Assembly: GCA_000634215.1 (NCBI GenBank)
Contig: JFLX01000113.1
Span: 899-64,898, forward strand
Direction: 5' to 3'
Source of the DNA: Prochlorococcus sp. scB243_495L20
Lineage (GTDB): Bacteria > Cyanobacteriota > Cyanobacteriia > PCC-6307 > Cyanobiaceae
DNA: 64,000 nucleotides
Shown here one piece after another: positions 1 to 11,444 of this stretch (positions within the stretch are counted from its first letter, which is position 1; every line of letters starts with the position of its first letter). The notes below the pieces were generated by a model. That model was not told the origin of the DNA and did no database searches. It saw only the letters and a list, made by a program, of their open reading frames with translations. Position numbers and translations under genes: made by a program.

Positions 1-2
1 CA

Positions 3-620
3 AGATATTTTTCAAAAAGGTTGATTAAAGCTTGTTATGAACTTGATAAAGTCTGTGAACATTTCCATATTCCCTTCCAAAGTGGAAATGATGAAATCTT
101 AAAACAAATGTCAAGAGGGTATTCAATTAAAAAGTATAAAAATATTATTGAGAATATAAGGTCATTAATGCCAGATGCATCAATCACTGCTGACGCAATA
201 GTTGCTTTCCCAGGAGAAACCGAACAACAGTATCAAGATACATTAAAGCTAATATCAGAAATTGGTTTTGATCAAGTAAATACGGCAGCATATTCTCCAA
301 GACCAAATACACCTGCAGCAGTTTGGTCGAATCAAATTTCTGAAGAGAAAAAAAAAGCTAGATTAAAAGAAATTAATGATTTAGTCGAAAAAACTGCTAG
401 GACAAGAAATCAAAGATACATAAACAATATTGAAAGCGTTTTAATTGAGGGCTTAAATCCAAAAAATTCCTCGCAAATTATGGGTAGAACTAGAACAAAT
501 AGATTAACTTTCGCAGAGATTCCCAAAAACATTAATTTTAATTTTTCATTGGGAGATGAGATAGATGTCAAGATAAATGAAGCAAGACCTTTTTCTTTAA
601 CAGGCGAACTTTATTTATAA
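3..620 (+). CDS. miaB: tRNA-2-methylthio-N6-dimethylallyladenosine synthase MiaB, 3' part (gene runs off the left edge)
   Basis: Frame is open from base 3 ([11 protein letters not shown]...). Motifs [20 protein letters not shown] and YSPRPNTPA, plus a C-terminal TRAM-like segment (MGRTRTNRL). Confidence 0.93.
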   Translation, partial: RYFSKRLIKACYELDKVCEHFHIPFQSGNDEILKQMSRGYSIKKYKNIIENIRSLMPDASITADAIVAFPGETEQQYQDTLKLISEIGFDQVNTAAYSPRPNTPAAVWSNQISEEKKKARLKEINDLVEKTARTRNQRYINNIESVLIEGLNPKNSSQIMGRTRTNRLTFAEIPKNINFNFSLGDEIDVKINEARPFSLTGELYL

Positions 621-629
621 TCTTTTTAA

Positions 630-1697
630 ATGATAAGGGGGCAAAAAAAATGTATTGGTTTAATATTTGGTGGTAATTCCAATGAGCATGAAGTATCGAT
701 ATCCTCTGCAAAAACAGTTTTTCAAGCATTTAATTCAGAAATAAATAAAGAACGCTACACAATTAAAACCTTTTACATAAACAAATATGGAGATTGGCTT
801 GATAGTCATCTCTCAGAAAACATACTAATTGGAAGAATTGAAAACGATAAAACAAATCAACAAGAAATTTTTAATCAGAAAAAAATCAACTTCCTTGAGG
901 GAATTGAATTTCAAAATGTTGATGTTTGGTTTCCTCTTTTACATGGATTTAATGGTGAAGACGGATCAATTCATGGCTTACTTAGATTTACTAATAAACC
1001 TTTAGTAGGATGTGGAATTATTGGCTCTGCACTTGGAATGGATAAAATATTGATGAAAACAATTTTTTCAAATCTTAAACTTCCACAGGTTAATTATCTA
1101 GTTTTTCAAAATGAAAATCTCAACGATAAGAAAGTAAAAAATAAAATAATTAATGAAATTTTAAAAAAATTCAAATTTCCTGTTTTTGTTAAACCATCGA
1201 ACTCCGGATCATCTCTTGGCATCTCCAAAGTCAAAAATGAATCAGAAATATTACAAGCATTAGAAAAGGCTAGGGAAGTAGATTCAAGAATTTTAATAGA
1301 AGAAGGTTTAGAGGTAAGAGAAATTGAATGCGGAATAATTGGGAATTCAAAACTCCTTACCTCTGAGATAGGCGAGGTAAATTACGAAAGTGATTGGTAT
1401 GATTACGATTCAAAATATCACTCAAATAATAAAATAATCATCCCAGCACAAATAGATTCTGCAATCACAAAAGAAATTAAAAAAATTGCTATTAAAAGTT
1501 GTAGAGCACTAAATATTTTCGGTTTTGCAAGAGTAGATTTCTTTTTAGAAAAATCTTCAAATAAAATTTTGCTAAATGAAATAAATACAATTCCTGGTTT
1601 TACAAAAAACAGTATGTTTCCAATGCTTTGGAAAGCTTCAGGCTTAAAAATGGAACAACTTGTGGCTAAACTGGTAGAGATATCTTTAGATTTGTAA
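630..1697 (+). CDS. ddl: D-alanine--D-alanine ligase
   Basis: FGGNSNEHEVSISSA, FPLLHGFNGEDGSIHG, VKPSNSGSSLGIS, YDYDSKY, LNEINTIPGFT; located in a dcw-type context. Confidence 0.96.
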   Translation: MIRGQKKCIGLIFGGNSNEHEVSISSAKTVFQAFNSEINKERYTIKTFYINKYGDWLDSHLSENILIGRIENDKTNQQEIFNQKKINFLEGIEFQNVDVWFPLLHGFNGEDGSIHGLLRFTNKPLVGCGIIGSALGMDKILMKTIFSNLKLPQVNYLVFQNENLNDKKVKNKIINEILKKFKFPVFVKPSNSGSSLGISKVKNESEILQALEKAREVDSRILIEEGLEVREIECGIIGNSKLLTSEIGEVNYESDWYDYDSKYHSNNKIIIPAQIDSAITKEIKKIAIKSCRALNIFGFARVDFFLEKSSNKILLNEINTIPGFTKNSMFPMLWKASGLKMEQLVAKLVEISLDL

Positions 1698-1707
1698 TTT
1701 AAATCAA

Positions 1708-2118
1708 ATGTTGCATGGACTACTTTGGTTACCATTACTTCTAATCTTCATTTTATTAACTGCACTTGGGTGGTTAGAAAGAAGAAGGCAAAATCTTTTT
1801 AGAAGTTGGGCGAGTGATTCTGAACTATGCAAGTTAGACAGTTCAAGCGCAGCATCCTTAAAAGATGGTGAGTTAAAATGGAGCTTATTTGAAGCTGGCA
1901 AATTTGAAGAAAAAGATTGTTTTATAATAAAGAAACTGGAATTAGTTGAATTAATGGCACTAACTTCAGGAGAAGCTCCACTAACAAGTGAATCTCAAGG
2001 TAAGTGCAGGTTGAGATTAGTAGGGGATGGGAAAGAGATGGATGTACCATTTTCAGATGCAGAGCAAGCGAGAGAATGGATGGACCAACTGATGGAAAAA
2101 GCTCGCTGTGATTTGTGA
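1708..2118 (+). CDS. Conserved cyanobacterial hypothetical protein with N-terminal membrane anchor
   Basis: 136-aa ORF packed between ddl and ftsQ, overlapping ftsQ by 4 nt; hydrophobic N-terminus followed by WLERRRQ. Confidence 0.75.
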   Translation: MLHGLLWLPLLLIFILLTALGWLERRRQNLFRSWASDSELCKLDSSSAASLKDGELKWSLFEAGKFEEKDCFIIKKLELVELMALTSGEAPLTSESQGKCRLRLVGDGKEMDVPFSDAEQAREWMDQLMEKARCDL

Positions 2119-2840
2119 AAAACCAAAAAAGAATCAATAATAGAAGCTTTTTTTTTCTAATTTCATTTTTATTTTTAACGACATTATTAAATATAAAAAG
2201 TCTCAAAAAAGTTTATATACAGGATATTAGGATTTCTGGTAGTGAATTATTTTCGCAGAATGATGTGGTAAAAAATTCATCTTTAAATTTTCCAATCCGA
2301 CTAATTTTTGTTGAAACCAATCTGTTAGAAAAAGAATTAAAACAAAATTTATCCCTCAAGAATGTTTCGGTAAGCAGAGAATTATTTCCTTTTGGTTTGA
2401 AAATTATTGTTAATACAAGAATCCCAATAGCTTACGGTGAGAGAATGTTAAATGACGAAAAAATATTAGGCTTCATTGATAAAGATGGAATTTTCATAAA
2501 TAAACAAAATGTGGACGAAAAAAATTTGAATAAATTAACCATTCAAGTTTTTGGCTGGAAAGAAAAATTTAAAAAAATATTATCTGAAATTTTTATCGCT
2601 ATAGAGAATTATGAATTAGAGATAGTTAAAGTAACCTTCTCAAACGATGGATTTCTAACTGTTGAGGAAAAAGATTTAAAAACAATATTTTTAGGATTTA
2701 AGCCAAATTTAATCAACTATCAATTACAAAAAATAAATAATCTTAAAAATCAACTTAAGAAAAATAGCTTTTCAAAAAAAATAGATAATATTGATCTTAC
2801 CAACCCAGATAAACCAAAAATAAAAGTGTTCAAACCCTAA
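2115..2840 (+). CDS. ftsQ: Cell division protein FtsQ/DivIB
   Basis: N-terminal TM helix, POTRA-like segment (ISGSELF...VSRELFPFGLKI), C-terminal IDLTNPDKP; directly upstream of ftsZ. Confidence 0.88.
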   Translation: MKNQKRINNRSFFFLISFLFLTTLLNIKSLKKVYIQDIRISGSELFSQNDVVKNSSLNFPIRLIFVETNLLEKELKQNLSLKNVSVSRELFPFGLKIIVNTRIPIAYGERMLNDEKILGFIDKDGIFINKQNVDEKNLNKLTIQVFGWKEKFKKILSEIFIAIENYELEIVKVTFSNDGFLTVEEKDLKTIFLGFKPNLINYQLQKINNLKNQLKKNSFSKKIDNIDLTNPDKPKIKVFKP

Positions 2841-3018
2841 TATTTGAAAAAGGATTCTGAGTAATTTTTTTTAATTATTGTAGTGTTGATATGGGTTTTG
2901 CATTCAAAAAAAATATTTAATAAATAAATATTTTTAGGATTTTCCTCAACAAATTCCTACAGATGAGCTCAGTAAGTTCATAATGCACCCAATACTAGTA
3001 TTAGATTCCTATTAAGAG

Positions 3019-4134
3019 ATGAGCTTCGGTAACAATCCAAACTTTGATCAATCGAGAGAAATCCTTCCAAGCCAAAACGCCAAAATAGAAGTTATTGGTG
3101 TAGGTGGTGGCGGCAGTAATGCGGTAAATAGAATGATTAATAGTGATTTAGAGGGTGTTTCATTCAGAGTCCTCAATACCGATGCACAAGCCCTACTACA
3201 ATCTTCTGCAGAGAGTAGGGTGCAACTTGGACAAAACCTCACTAGAGGTTTAGGTGCAGGAGGAAATCCAAGTATTGGACAAAAAGCAGCCGAAGAATCC
3301 AAAGAAGAGCTTCAACAAGCTTTAGAAGGATCTGATCTGGTTTTTATAGCCGCTGGAATGGGTGGAGGAACTGGCACAGGTGCAGCTCCCGTTGTTGCAG
3401 AAGTAGCCAAACAAAGTGGGGCTCTAACAGTAGGTATAGTAACCAAACCATTTTCTTTTGAAGGGAAAAGAAGAATGCGTCAAGCAGAGGAGGGGATCGC
3501 AAGACTAGCTGAAAACGTCGATACTCTTATAGTTATTCCAAATGATCGATTAAAAGACGTTATAGCAGGAGCTCCTCTTCAAGAAGCATTTAGGAATGCT
3601 GATGATGTTCTAAGGATGGGCGTCAAAGGTATTAGTGACATAATTACTTGCCCAGGATTAGTTAATGTTGATTTTGCAGATGTAAGATCAGTCATGACGG
3701 AAGCTGGCACTGCTCTTCTAGGAATAGGTATAGGTTCAGGAAGATCAAGAGCTCTAGAGGCAGCACAGGCAGCAATGAATAGTCCTTTATTAGAAGCAGC
3801 TAGAATTGATGGAGCCAAAGGCTGTGTTATAAATATTACCGGTGGCAAAGACATGACTTTAGAAGACATGACCTCGGCATCCGAAATTATTTATGATGTT
3901 GTTGATCAAGAAGCAAATATTATTGTTGGTGCAGTTGTCGATGAAGCAATGGAAGGGGAGATTCAAGTTACTGTAATTGCCACAGGATTTGAAACAACCC
4001 AACCATTAAACCAGCAAAGAATAAAAAACAGACTATCTAATCAACCTATTTATAAATTTTCCGATAATAAAGAATCAGGAGCAAGTATTCCTGAGTTTTT
4101 GAAATTAAGGCAAAATAAAAAAGATATTGGTTGA
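3019..4134 (+). CDS. ftsZ: Cell division protein FtsZ
   Basis: [15 protein letters not shown], tubulin signature [18 protein letters not shown]-terminal IPEFL. Confidence 0.99.
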   Translation: MSFGNNPNFDQSREILPSQNAKIEVIGVGGGGSNAVNRMINSDLEGVSFRVLNTDAQALLQSSAESRVQLGQNLTRGLGAGGNPSIGQKAAEESKEELQQALEGSDLVFIAAGMGGGTGTGAAPVVAEVAKQSGALTVGIVTKPFSFEGKRRMRQAEEGIARLAENVDTLIVIPNDRLKDVIAGAPLQEAFRNADDVLRMGVKGISDIITCPGLVNVDFADVRSVMTEAGTALLGIGIGSGRSRALEAAQAAMNSPLLEAARIDGAKGCVINITGGKDMTLEDMTSASEIIYDVVDQEANIIVGAVVDEAMEGEIQVTVIATGFETTQPLNQQRIKNRLSNQPIYKFSDNKESGASIPEFLKLRQNKKDIG

Positions 4135-4148
4135 AATGTAAAATAGAG

Positions 4149-4244
4149 TGACTCGGTTATCTCGCCTGCCTCAAGCATCCCTTGTGGCTGCTACCTTCCG
4201 GTCCTGACCAGGTTTAGGCGTTAAAACCGCGAAAGGCCGAGTCA
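4149..4244 (-). ncRNA. ffs: Signal recognition particle RNA (small bacterial SRP)
   Basis: The reverse complement contains GGTCAGGACCGGAAGGTAGCAGC (SRP helix-8 consensus). Terminal segments GACTCGG (4150-4156) and CCGAGTC (4237-4243) pair to close the long stem. Confidence 0.93.
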
Positions 4245-4290
4245 AAATCATACTAGCAATTCTTGATTAAAAAAGATACATAAATTTATT

Positions 4291-5064
4291 ATGTTACCTT
4301 CAGACCTAGTTAATTATAAAAAAAAATCTCGCAAAATCATTGCACTAACAGCATGGGACTCCATATCAGGATCTATAGCAGAACAAGCAAATGTTGATCT
4401 TGTACTAGTAGGAGATTCATTAGCAATGGTGTGCTTGGGATACAAATCGACATTGCCATTAACTTTAGAAAACATAATTTATCATACCAATGCTGTTTCA
4501 AGAGGATTTATGAAGAAAATTGAGGAACAACCTCTAGTCGTTTCAGATATGCCTTTTCTGACTTACCAATGTGGTGAAAATAAAGCTGTTGAGTATGCAG
4601 GAAAAATCATTCAGAGCACTTATGCAAAAGCTGTAAAAGTAGAAGGAGCTGAACCAGAAATACAAAAAGTTATTTCTAGATTAATAAGAATGGGAATCCC
4701 TGTTATGGGTCATATAGGTCTTACACCACAAAGCTATCTAAATATTGGATTAAAAAAACAAGGAGAAAGCTTAGCAAGCCAAGAAAAAATCAAGAAAGAG
4801 GCTTCGATACTTGAAGAATTAGGATGTTTTTCAATAGTTCTTGAACATATTCCTGATTTGCTTGCTAAAGAAATACAAAATTCTTTATCAATTCCCACAA
4901 TAGGCATCGGTGCAGGTAATTATTGCGATGGACAAGTAAGAGTTACTGCAGATTTGTTAGGCCTCAATGATGATCAACCACCATTTTGCCAACCAATTAT
5001 CCAAGGCAAGAAACTATTTAAGGATAAATTAAAAGAATGGGTAGACTCTGAAAGACTTAATTAA
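4291..5064 (+). CDS. panB: 3-methyl-2-oxobutanoate hydroxymethyltransferase
   Basis: LTAWDSISG, VLVGDSLAMV, DMPFLTY, AVKVEGA, VMGHIGLTPQ, IPTIGIGAG. Confidence 0.97.
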   Translation: MLPSDLVNYKKKSRKIIALTAWDSISGSIAEQANVDLVLVGDSLAMVCLGYKSTLPLTLENIIYHTNAVSRGFMKKIEEQPLVVSDMPFLTYQCGENKAVEYAGKIIQSTYAKAVKVEGAEPEIQKVISRLIRMGIPVMGHIGLTPQSYLNIGLKKQGESLASQEKIKKEASILEELGCFSIVLEHIPDLLAKEIQNSLSIPTIGIGAGNYCDGQVRVTADLLGLNDDQPPFCQPIIQGKKLFKDKLKEWVDSERLN

Positions 5065-6280
5065 TCTCATCCCACCACTTAAACATAGAAATAAGAACTT
5101 GATTGCTTAGTTCCATGCCTTTAGGCTCACTTAAGAAGAATCTATTCCCCTTTTTTACTAATAGTCCACTTTCAAGAAACCTTTCCCATTCTTCAAGCAA
5201 TTTACTGAAGTTGCTCTCAAATTTTTCGTTTCCCCAATTTTGTTCTTTAAACACCTCTTTGATATCTACGCCCTCTTTGAGTCTTAATCCCAACATTATT
5301 TTCTCATCAAGTTCTTTATAGACAAACTCCTTATTAGTTAGGGATGAATCTAAATTATTTTCGTATTGTTTAGTTACCCATTCTTTGTATTCTTTACTAA
5401 CTCTTGGTCTAGTTAACTTTTCCCCCCAAGGTGAACTAGTGGAACCTTGACCAAAACTCCACCAGCCTAAACCACTCCAATAAACTCTATTGTGTCTCGA
5501 TTGATGTCGCGGAAGGCAATAGTTTGAGATTTCATATCTTGAATACCCTGAGTTTTTTAAAATTAAATGGGTTAATTCACTATTCCTAAAAGCTTCTTCA
5601 TCACTTGGGAGTTTTAATTTATCTAAATTAATTAATTTTTTAAAAACAGTGCCATTTTCAATATTTAAATCGTAAATAGATAGATGAGGTGGTGAAAATG
5701 TAATTGCTTTTTTTAAGTCATCTTGCCATTCTTTAAATCCACTTAGTGGCAAGTTTTGAATTAAGTCTAAACTCCAGCTTTTTATTAACCCGGAATCATA
5801 TTCTCTCTTCAACCATAAACAAGATTTTTCTGCATCTTCTTTCAAATGACGCCTTCCCGACTTTTGAAGTATCTGATTATTAAAACTTTGTACCCCAAGA
5901 CTAAATCTATTTATCCCAGCATTTATGAATCCGAAAAGATCATCTTGAGTAAAACTTGCTGGATCAACTTCCATAGTAATTTCAGCACCATAGTCAATTC
6001 CATAATTTTCTTCAAAAAGATCAACTAATTCTTTGATTTGGGCAGGATCTAAAATTGATGGTGTACCACCTCCTATATAAATTGTCGATAGAGGTGATTT
6101 ATGCTTAATTGATAATATTTCTTTATATAAAAATTGCAAATACTCTTGAACTGTTTTGCTTCCATAACCTTTTAAAGTTTCAACTTTGTTTCCTAGTGGA
6201 ATAACTGCAAAATCACAATAAAAACACCTTCTATGGCAAAAAGGAATGTGCACATAAGCACTTCTTGGAAACTTATTCAT
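5057..6280 (-). CDS. hemW: Radical SAM heme chaperone HemW (HemN-like)
   Basis: YVHIPFCHRRCFYCDF (CxxxCxxC), IYIGGGTPS, RFSLGVQSF, YEISNY. Confidence 0.88.
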   Translation of the reverse strand: MNKFPRSAYVHIPFCHRRCFYCDFAVIPLGNKVETLKGYGSKTVQEYLQFLYKEILSIKHKSPLSTIYIGGGTPSILDPAQIKELVDLFEENYGIDYGAEITMEVDPASFTQDDLFGFINAGINRFSLGVQSFNNQILQKSGRRHLKEDAEKSCLWLKREYDSGLIKSWSLDLIQNLPLSGFKEWQDDLKKAITFSPPHLSIYDLNIENGTVFKKLINLDKLKLPSDEEAFRNSELTHLILKNSGYSRYEISNYCLPRHQSRHNRVYWSGLGWWSFGQGSTSSPWGEKLTRPRVSKEYKEWVTKQYENNLDSSLTNKEFVYKELDEKIMLGLRLKEGVDIKEVFKEQNWGNEKFESNFSKLLEEWERFLESGLLVKKGNRFFLSEPKGMELSNQVLISMFKWWDEIN

Positions 6281-6377
6281 AATCTAAATTCATTTTTAAA
6301 GCTCCAAAAAAGTATTGAGGATCGAAAAAAATAAAATCCTTATTTACTCAATTAATAAATCCTAGTAGATTATAGAT

Positions 6378-7487
6378 ATGACGGATATCTTAGTACTAAT
6401 TTTATTTGTATTGTCTGGAGCTGCTTCAGGGTGGCTTGGTGTTGATTTATTGCCAGTAGACGTACTCAAACAGGTATCCAATGTAGAAGGTTTTAGAATT
6501 GTTTTAGCAATAATTGGTTTTTTTGTAGGATTAGCAGCTGGTTTTGTATTCCTTCAACTTAGAAAGACTTTTCTTGATCAAATAAGAACAATGCCTACGG
6601 ACTTACTAATAAGTAGGTCAGTTGGATTAATTTTAGGATTACTTGTTGCGAATCTCCTACTAGCTCCAATACTATTAATTCCCTTCCCTAGAGAGGTTTT
6701 TTTCGCAAAACCATTAGCAGCCATATTAAGCAACATTTTCTTTGGTGTTCTTGGTTATAAGTTAGCAGATACCCATGGAAGGACATTATTAAGATTATTC
6801 AATCCAAATAACGCTGATGCATATCTAGTCAATGAAGGAATTCTCCCTGCTGCAAGTCCAAAAATTCTAGATACTAGCGTAATTATTGATGGAAGAATCA
6901 ATGGTCTTTTAAGTTGCGGCTTATTGGAAGGGCAATTAATTGTTGCTCAAAGTGTAATTGATGAATTACAAACTTTAGCTGACTCAAGCAGTAATGAAAA
7001 AAGGTCGAAAGGCAGAAGAGGTCTCAAGTTATTAAAAGAATTAAGAGATTTATATGGGAGAAGACTTGTAATAAACCCTACAAAGTATGAAGGTAATGGG
7101 GTAGATGAAAAACTCCTTAAAATTACTGAGGATATGACAGGAACTTTAATTACTGCTGATTATAATCTTTCTCAGATCGCTGAAGTTAAGGAATTAAAAG
7201 TTATGAATTTGAGTGATTTGGTTATTGCTTTAAGGCCAGAAGTACAACCAGGAGAGTCACTGAATATAAAAATCGTAAGAGAAGGCAAAGAAAAAATGCA
7301 AGGTATTGGATATTTAGATGACGGCACAATGGTTGTTATTGATGAGGCAAAGAATTTTGTTGGAAGCAGATTAGACATTGTTATCACAGGTGCATTACAA
7401 ACTCCTACTGGAAGAATGGTCTTTGGAAAACTAATAAATAATCCTGAGTCAAACAAATCTTTTAAATCACCAGCGACACAGGGCTAA
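6378..7487 (+). CDS. Membrane-anchored PIN/TRAM domain protein (YacL-like)
   Basis: N-terminal TM helices, PIN motif ILDTSVIIDGR, LITADYNL, TRAM segment GIGYLDDGTMVV. Confidence 0.9.
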   Translation: MTDILVLILFVLSGAASGWLGVDLLPVDVLKQVSNVEGFRIVLAIIGFFVGLAAGFVFLQLRKTFLDQIRTMPTDLLISRSVGLILGLLVANLLLAPILLIPFPREVFFAKPLAAILSNIFFGVLGYKLADTHGRTLLRLFNPNNADAYLVNEGILPAASPKILDTSVIIDGRINGLLSCGLLEGQLIVAQSVIDELQTLADSSSNEKRSKGRRGLKLLKELRDLYGRRLVINPTKYEGNGVDEKLLKITEDMTGTLITADYNLSQIAEVKELKVMNLSDLVIALRPEVQPGESLNIKIVREGKEKMQGIGYLDDGTMVVIDEAKNFVGSRLDIVITGALQTPTGRMVFGKLINNPESNKSFKSPATQG

Positions 7488-7518
7488 ATCTAGCTAGAAT
7501 CAGTTCAATCTTAATTTT

Positions 7519-8190
7519 GTGATACAAATGACTGTATCTGCTCCTTATTACGGCGAAAACACCGTTATGAGGACCCCGCCACCAGATCTCCCCTCTCTTT
7601 TACTTAAAGAGCGAATTGTTTATCTCGGTTTACCATTATTTTCAGATGATGATGCAAAAAGACAATTAGGAATGGATGTTACTGAGCTTATCATTGCTCA
7701 ACTTCTTTATTTAGAGTTTGAGGATCCAGAAAAACCAATCTATTTCTATATCAATTCAACTGGTACAAGCTGGTACACTGGCGACGCAGTAGGTTTTGAA
7801 ACAGAAGCTTTCGCTATCTGCGATACAATAAGCTACATTAAGCCTCCAGTACACACAATATGTATCGGACAAGCAATGGGGACTGCTGCAGTTATTCTTT
7901 CATCTGGCACTAAGGGACAAAGAGCCGCTCTTCCACATGCTTCTATTGTTTTGCATCAACCTATAAGCGGAGCAAGAGGTCAAGCAACCGATATCCAAAT
8001 AAGAGCTGAAGAGGTTTTGAAAAATAAAAAATCAATGCTGGAGATTTTATCTCGTAATACTGGGAAGACCATCGAAGAACTCTCAAAAGACTCTGACAGG
8101 ATGAGTTATCTTAACCCACAAGAAGCCCTAGAATATGGAGTTATTGATAGAATACTCACGAGTCAAAAAGATCTACCAAATAAAATTTAA
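7519..8190 (+). CDS. clpR: Clp protease non-catalytic subunit ClpR (likely start ATG 7528)
   Basis: ClpP fold (LLKERIVYLG, YINSTG). The catalytic Ser motif reads GQAMGTA instead of GxAASMG. Confidence 0.88.
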   Translation: MIQMTVSAPYYGENTVMRTPPPDLPSLLLKERIVYLGLPLFSDDDAKRQLGMDVTELIIAQLLYLEFEDPEKPIYFYINSTGTSWYTGDAVGFETEAFAICDTISYIKPPVHTICIGQAMGTAAVILSSGTKGQRAALPHASIVLHQPISGARGQATDIQIRAEEVLKNKKSMLEILSRNTGKTIEELSKDSDRMSYLNPQEALEYGVIDRILTSQKDLPNKI

Positions 8191-8214
8191 CACTCACAAA
8201 ACTATTTTAAAATC

Positions 8215-8826
8215 ATGCCAATTGGAACTCCAAGCGTGCCTTACAGACTTCCAGGAAGTCAATATGAAAGATGGGTCGACATATACACAAGACTAGGTGT
8301 TGAAAGAATTCTTTTTCTTGGTCAAGAAGTGAATGATGGTATTGCTAATAGCCTCGTTGCACAAATGCTTTATTTAGATTCTGATGATAATTCCAAACCT
8401 ATCTATTTGTACATAAATAGCCCAGGAGGATCAGTGACTGCTGGCTTGGCAATTTATGACACAATTAAATACGTAAAAAGTGATGTAGTAACCATATGCG
8501 TAGGCCTCGCAGCCTCCATGGGCGCGTTCCTATTGGCTGCTGGTACAAAAGGTAAAAGAGTTGCTTTGCCCCACAGCAGAATAATGATACATCAACCCTT
8601 AGGAGGGACATCTCAACGCCAAGCAAGTGATATTGAAATAGAAGCTAAGGAAATTTTAAGAATTAAAGATATGTTAAACATGTCTATGGCAGATATGACA
8701 GGCCAATCATTTGAGAAAATTGAAAAGGATACTGATAGAGATTATTTTCTCAGTGCGGAAGAAGCAAAAAATTATGGATTAATTGATAGAGTAATTACAC
8801 ATCCAAGCGAAGCAAATCAGTCTTAA
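8215..8826 (+). CDS. clpP: ATP-dependent Clp protease proteolytic subunit (ClpP3 type)
   Basis: [23 protein letters not shown] (catalytic Ser), [20 protein letters not shown]. Confidence 0.96.
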   Translation: MPIGTPSVPYRLPGSQYERWVDIYTRLGVERILFLGQEVNDGIANSLVAQMLYLDSDDNSKPIYLYINSPGGSVTAGLAIYDTIKYVKSDVVTICVGLAASMGAFLLAAGTKGKRVALPHSRIMIHQPLGGTSQRQASDIEIEAKEILRIKDMLNMSMADMTGQSFEKIEKDTDRDYFLSAEEAKNYGLIDRVITHPSEANQS

Positions 8827-8937
8827 ACTTTCTAAATTAATATTTTAATTTTAATTTTTTAAATTAATAATTTTTTTGGTTTATTGCCACCTTAATGTCT
8901 AAAATATTAAATATCAAATGCAAAGAAGCTACAACTA

Positions 8938-9927
8938 ATGACCCAACTCTTTTACGACACCGATGCAGATCTAAGTCTTTTAAATAATAAAACAATTGCG
9001 ATAATTGGATATGGATCACAAGGTCATGCACATGCCCTAAATCTTAAAGATAGCGGTATGGATGTAATTGTTGGATTATATAGAGGAAGTAAGTCTGAAA
9101 GCAAAGCTACTAGTGATGGTCTACAAGTCTTTAGCGTTTCTGAAGCTTGCGAAAAAGCAGACTGGATTATGATTCTCCTCCCCGATGAGTTTCAGAAAGA
9201 TGTTTACCTTAAAGAAATAGAACCAAACTTAAAAGAAGGCAAGATACTAAGTTTTGCTCATGGCTTCAATATAAGATTTGGACTTATCAAGCCTCCTAGT
9301 TTTGTGGATGTTGTAATGATTGCCCCAAAAGGACCTGGACACACTGTTCGTTGGGAATATCAGAATGGTCAAGGAGTTCCAGCACTGTTCGCAGTTGAGC
9401 AGGATTCTTCAGGAAGTGCAAGATCATTGGCAATGGCTTACGCTAAAGGGATTGGCGGAACGAGAGCTGGGATTCTTGAAACAAACTTTAAAGAAGAAAC
9501 AGAAACTGATTTATTTGGCGAACAAGCGGTTTTGTGCGGAGGATTATCAGAACTGGTTAAATCAGGATTCGAAACTCTTGTTGAGGCAGGTTATCAACCC
9601 GAACTTGCTTACTTCGAATGCTTACATGAAGTTAAACTTATTGTTGATTTAATGGTGAAGGGAGGCTTATCTCAAATGAGAGATTCCATTTCAAATACTG
9701 CAGAATATGGAGATTATGTAAGTGGTAAAAGACTTATCAATAGTGATACAAAGAAGGAAATGCAGAAAATTCTAAAAGATATTCAAGATGGAACTTTCGC
9801 TAAGAACTTTGTGGAAGAATGCGATAAAAACAAACCCTTAATGACAAAATTAAGAGAAGAGAACTCAAAACATGAAATTGAGAAAGTGGGTAAAGGTCTG
9901 CGCTCGATGTTCAGTTGGCTGAAATAA
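8938..9927 (+). CDS. ilvC: Ketol-acid reductoisomerase
   Basis: [50 protein letters not shown]. Confidence 0.98.
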   Translation: MTQLFYDTDADLSLLNNKTIAIIGYGSQGHAHALNLKDSGMDVIVGLYRGSKSESKATSDGLQVFSVSEACEKADWIMILLPDEFQKDVYLKEIEPNLKEGKILSFAHGFNIRFGLIKPPSFVDVVMIAPKGPGHTVRWEYQNGQGVPALFAVEQDSSGSARSLAMAYAKGIGGTRAGILETNFKEETETDLFGEQAVLCGGLSELVKSGFETLVEAGYQPELAYFECLHEVKLIVDLMVKGGLSQMRDSISNTAEYGDYVSGKRLINSDTKKEMQKILKDIQDGTFAKNFVEECDKNKPLMTKLREENSKHEIEKVGKGLRSMFSWLK

Positions 9928-10928
9928 ATTTATTTTTAATATTCCTTGGATCTATTGGTTTTGATTTATTGATCGGCGATCCAAGATTTTTAATCCACCC
10001 TGTTCAAGTAATTGGCTTTTACATAAAAAAAATATCTGATTACCTTATAAATAATTTTGGTAAAAATAAAAATATATTGTTTTGGGGAGGTTTAATCGTA
10101 GCCATATCAATTATTGGAATGAGTTTTGGTTTAGGTAAATTGATAGAACTCAGTTATTTTCAATCAAGAAATAATTTTTTTGGTGGATTGCTAATTTTTT
10201 TTGGACTTTCAAGTTGTATTGCGACTAAGGGACTTATTTCAAGTGTTAAAGAAATTGCAGCGCTAATAGAACGCGAAGAAATTAATGACCAATATAATAG
10301 ATTTATCAAAAAGAAGGTACAAAGGATAGTAAGTAGGGATGTAAGTTCATCTTCTTTAGAACATCTTTTGAGATCAAGTACAGAGAGTCTTACCGAAAAT
10401 TCTGTTGATGGAATATTTGGGCCATTATTTTGGATTTTTATTGGAATTTGTTTGATGAAATTTTCAATTTTTCTGCCAGGGCCTTTATCACTTGGTTTTT
10501 CTTATAAAGCCATAAGTACTTTAGATTCAATGATAGGTTACAAACATGAATATTTTAGATATTTAGGTTTTTTCAGCGCAAAAATCGAAGATATTTTTAC
10601 GTTTGTTCCTTCAAGATTAGTTTTAATCACATTACCTTTAGTTAGTCCCAAAATTAATGAGTATGGATCAATCATAAAAAAAAGCTATCTTGATGGTAAA
10701 AAATATGATTCGCCTAATGCTGGGATTTCAGAAGCTATATTTGCTTATATTTCTGGTATAAAATTGGGTGGAAAAAGTAAATATAAAAATGAGATTATTG
10801 AAAAGCCAATAATTAATGAGACTGGAGATAATTGCACCGGAGAAAACATTAAATATATTTGTCAATTAATTTTGAGATTACAATTTTTATGGACAATAAT
10901 TTTTGTCTTAATCTTTTTTATAATTTAG
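9915..10928 (+). CDS. cbiB: Adenosylcobinamide-phosphate synthase CbiB/CobD
   Basis: DLLIGDP...[38 protein letters not shown]. Confidence 0.93.
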   Translation: MAEINLFLIFLGSIGFDLLIGDPRFLIHPVQVIGFYIKKISDYLINNFGKNKNILFWGGLIVAISIIGMSFGLGKLIELSYFQSRNNFFGGLLIFFGLSSCIATKGLISSVKEIAALIEREEINDQYNRFIKKKVQRIVSRDVSSSSLEHLLRSSTESLTENSVDGIFGPLFWIFIGICLMKFSIFLPGPLSLGFSYKAISTLDSMIGYKHEYFRYLGFFSAKIEDIFTFVPSRLVLITLPLVSPKINEYGSIIKKSYLDGKKYDSPNAGISEAIFAYISGIKLGGKSKYKNEIIEKPIINETGDNCTGENIKYICQLILRLQFLWTIIFVLIFFII

Positions 10929-10983
10929 ACTTTAATTTAATAATAAATTAGTTTTAAAATTACTAAAATACAATAAAAATTCT

Positions 10984-11229
10984 ATGCAAGAAAACGGCTC
11001 TTCAATAGAAAATCAAAAAGATGATTTTACTAATAAATCATCAACTGACAATGAATACTCAAAATGGGTAGATAATCAGGGGGATGAAGTAAAAAATGTT
11101 TTTGGATTTAATAGCAGCGCCGAGCTTGTGAATGGTAGAGCAGCTATGATTGGATTCTTAATGCTCATATTAACCGAGTTAGTTTTTAGCGGCAGGCCTG
11201 TAACTTCTTCAATTTTTGGTATTAATTAA
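10984..11229 (+). CDS. hli: High-light-inducible protein (Hli/SCP)
   Basis: Chlorophyll-binding motif AELVNGRAAMIGF followed by a TM helix. Confidence 0.93.
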   Translation: MQENGSSIENQKDDFTNKSSTDNEYSKWVDNQGDEVKNVFGFNSSAELVNGRAAMIGFLMLILTELVFSGRPVTSSIFGIN

Positions 11230-11231
11230 AA

Positions 11232-11444
11232 ATGGAAGCAAAAAAATCTAATCCAATAAAGGTATTCTTATACATATCTGTATGGGTAATAATTTGGGGA
11301 TCATTAGGTTCTTTGATTGATTATCCTCTTTATAAAAATAAAATTTACTTAGAAGGAAGCATATATCAGTATCTTACTTTCACAATTACAGCGATAATAT
11401 CAATAATAAGCGCAAAGTTTTTTTATAAGAAATTTGAGTTATAA
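11232..11444 (+). CDS. Small two-TM hypothetical protein
   Basis: 70-aa ORF starting 2 nt after the hli stop; two hydrophobic segments. Confidence 0.6.
   Translation: MEAKKSNPIKVFLYISVWVIIWGSLGSLIDYPLYKNKIYLEGSIYQYLTFTITAIISIISAKFFYKKFEL

Noticed and set aside
7519-8190. Missing catalytic Ser in the first Clp subunit
   Set aside because: This is the normal state of cyanobacterial ClpR, not a lesion.
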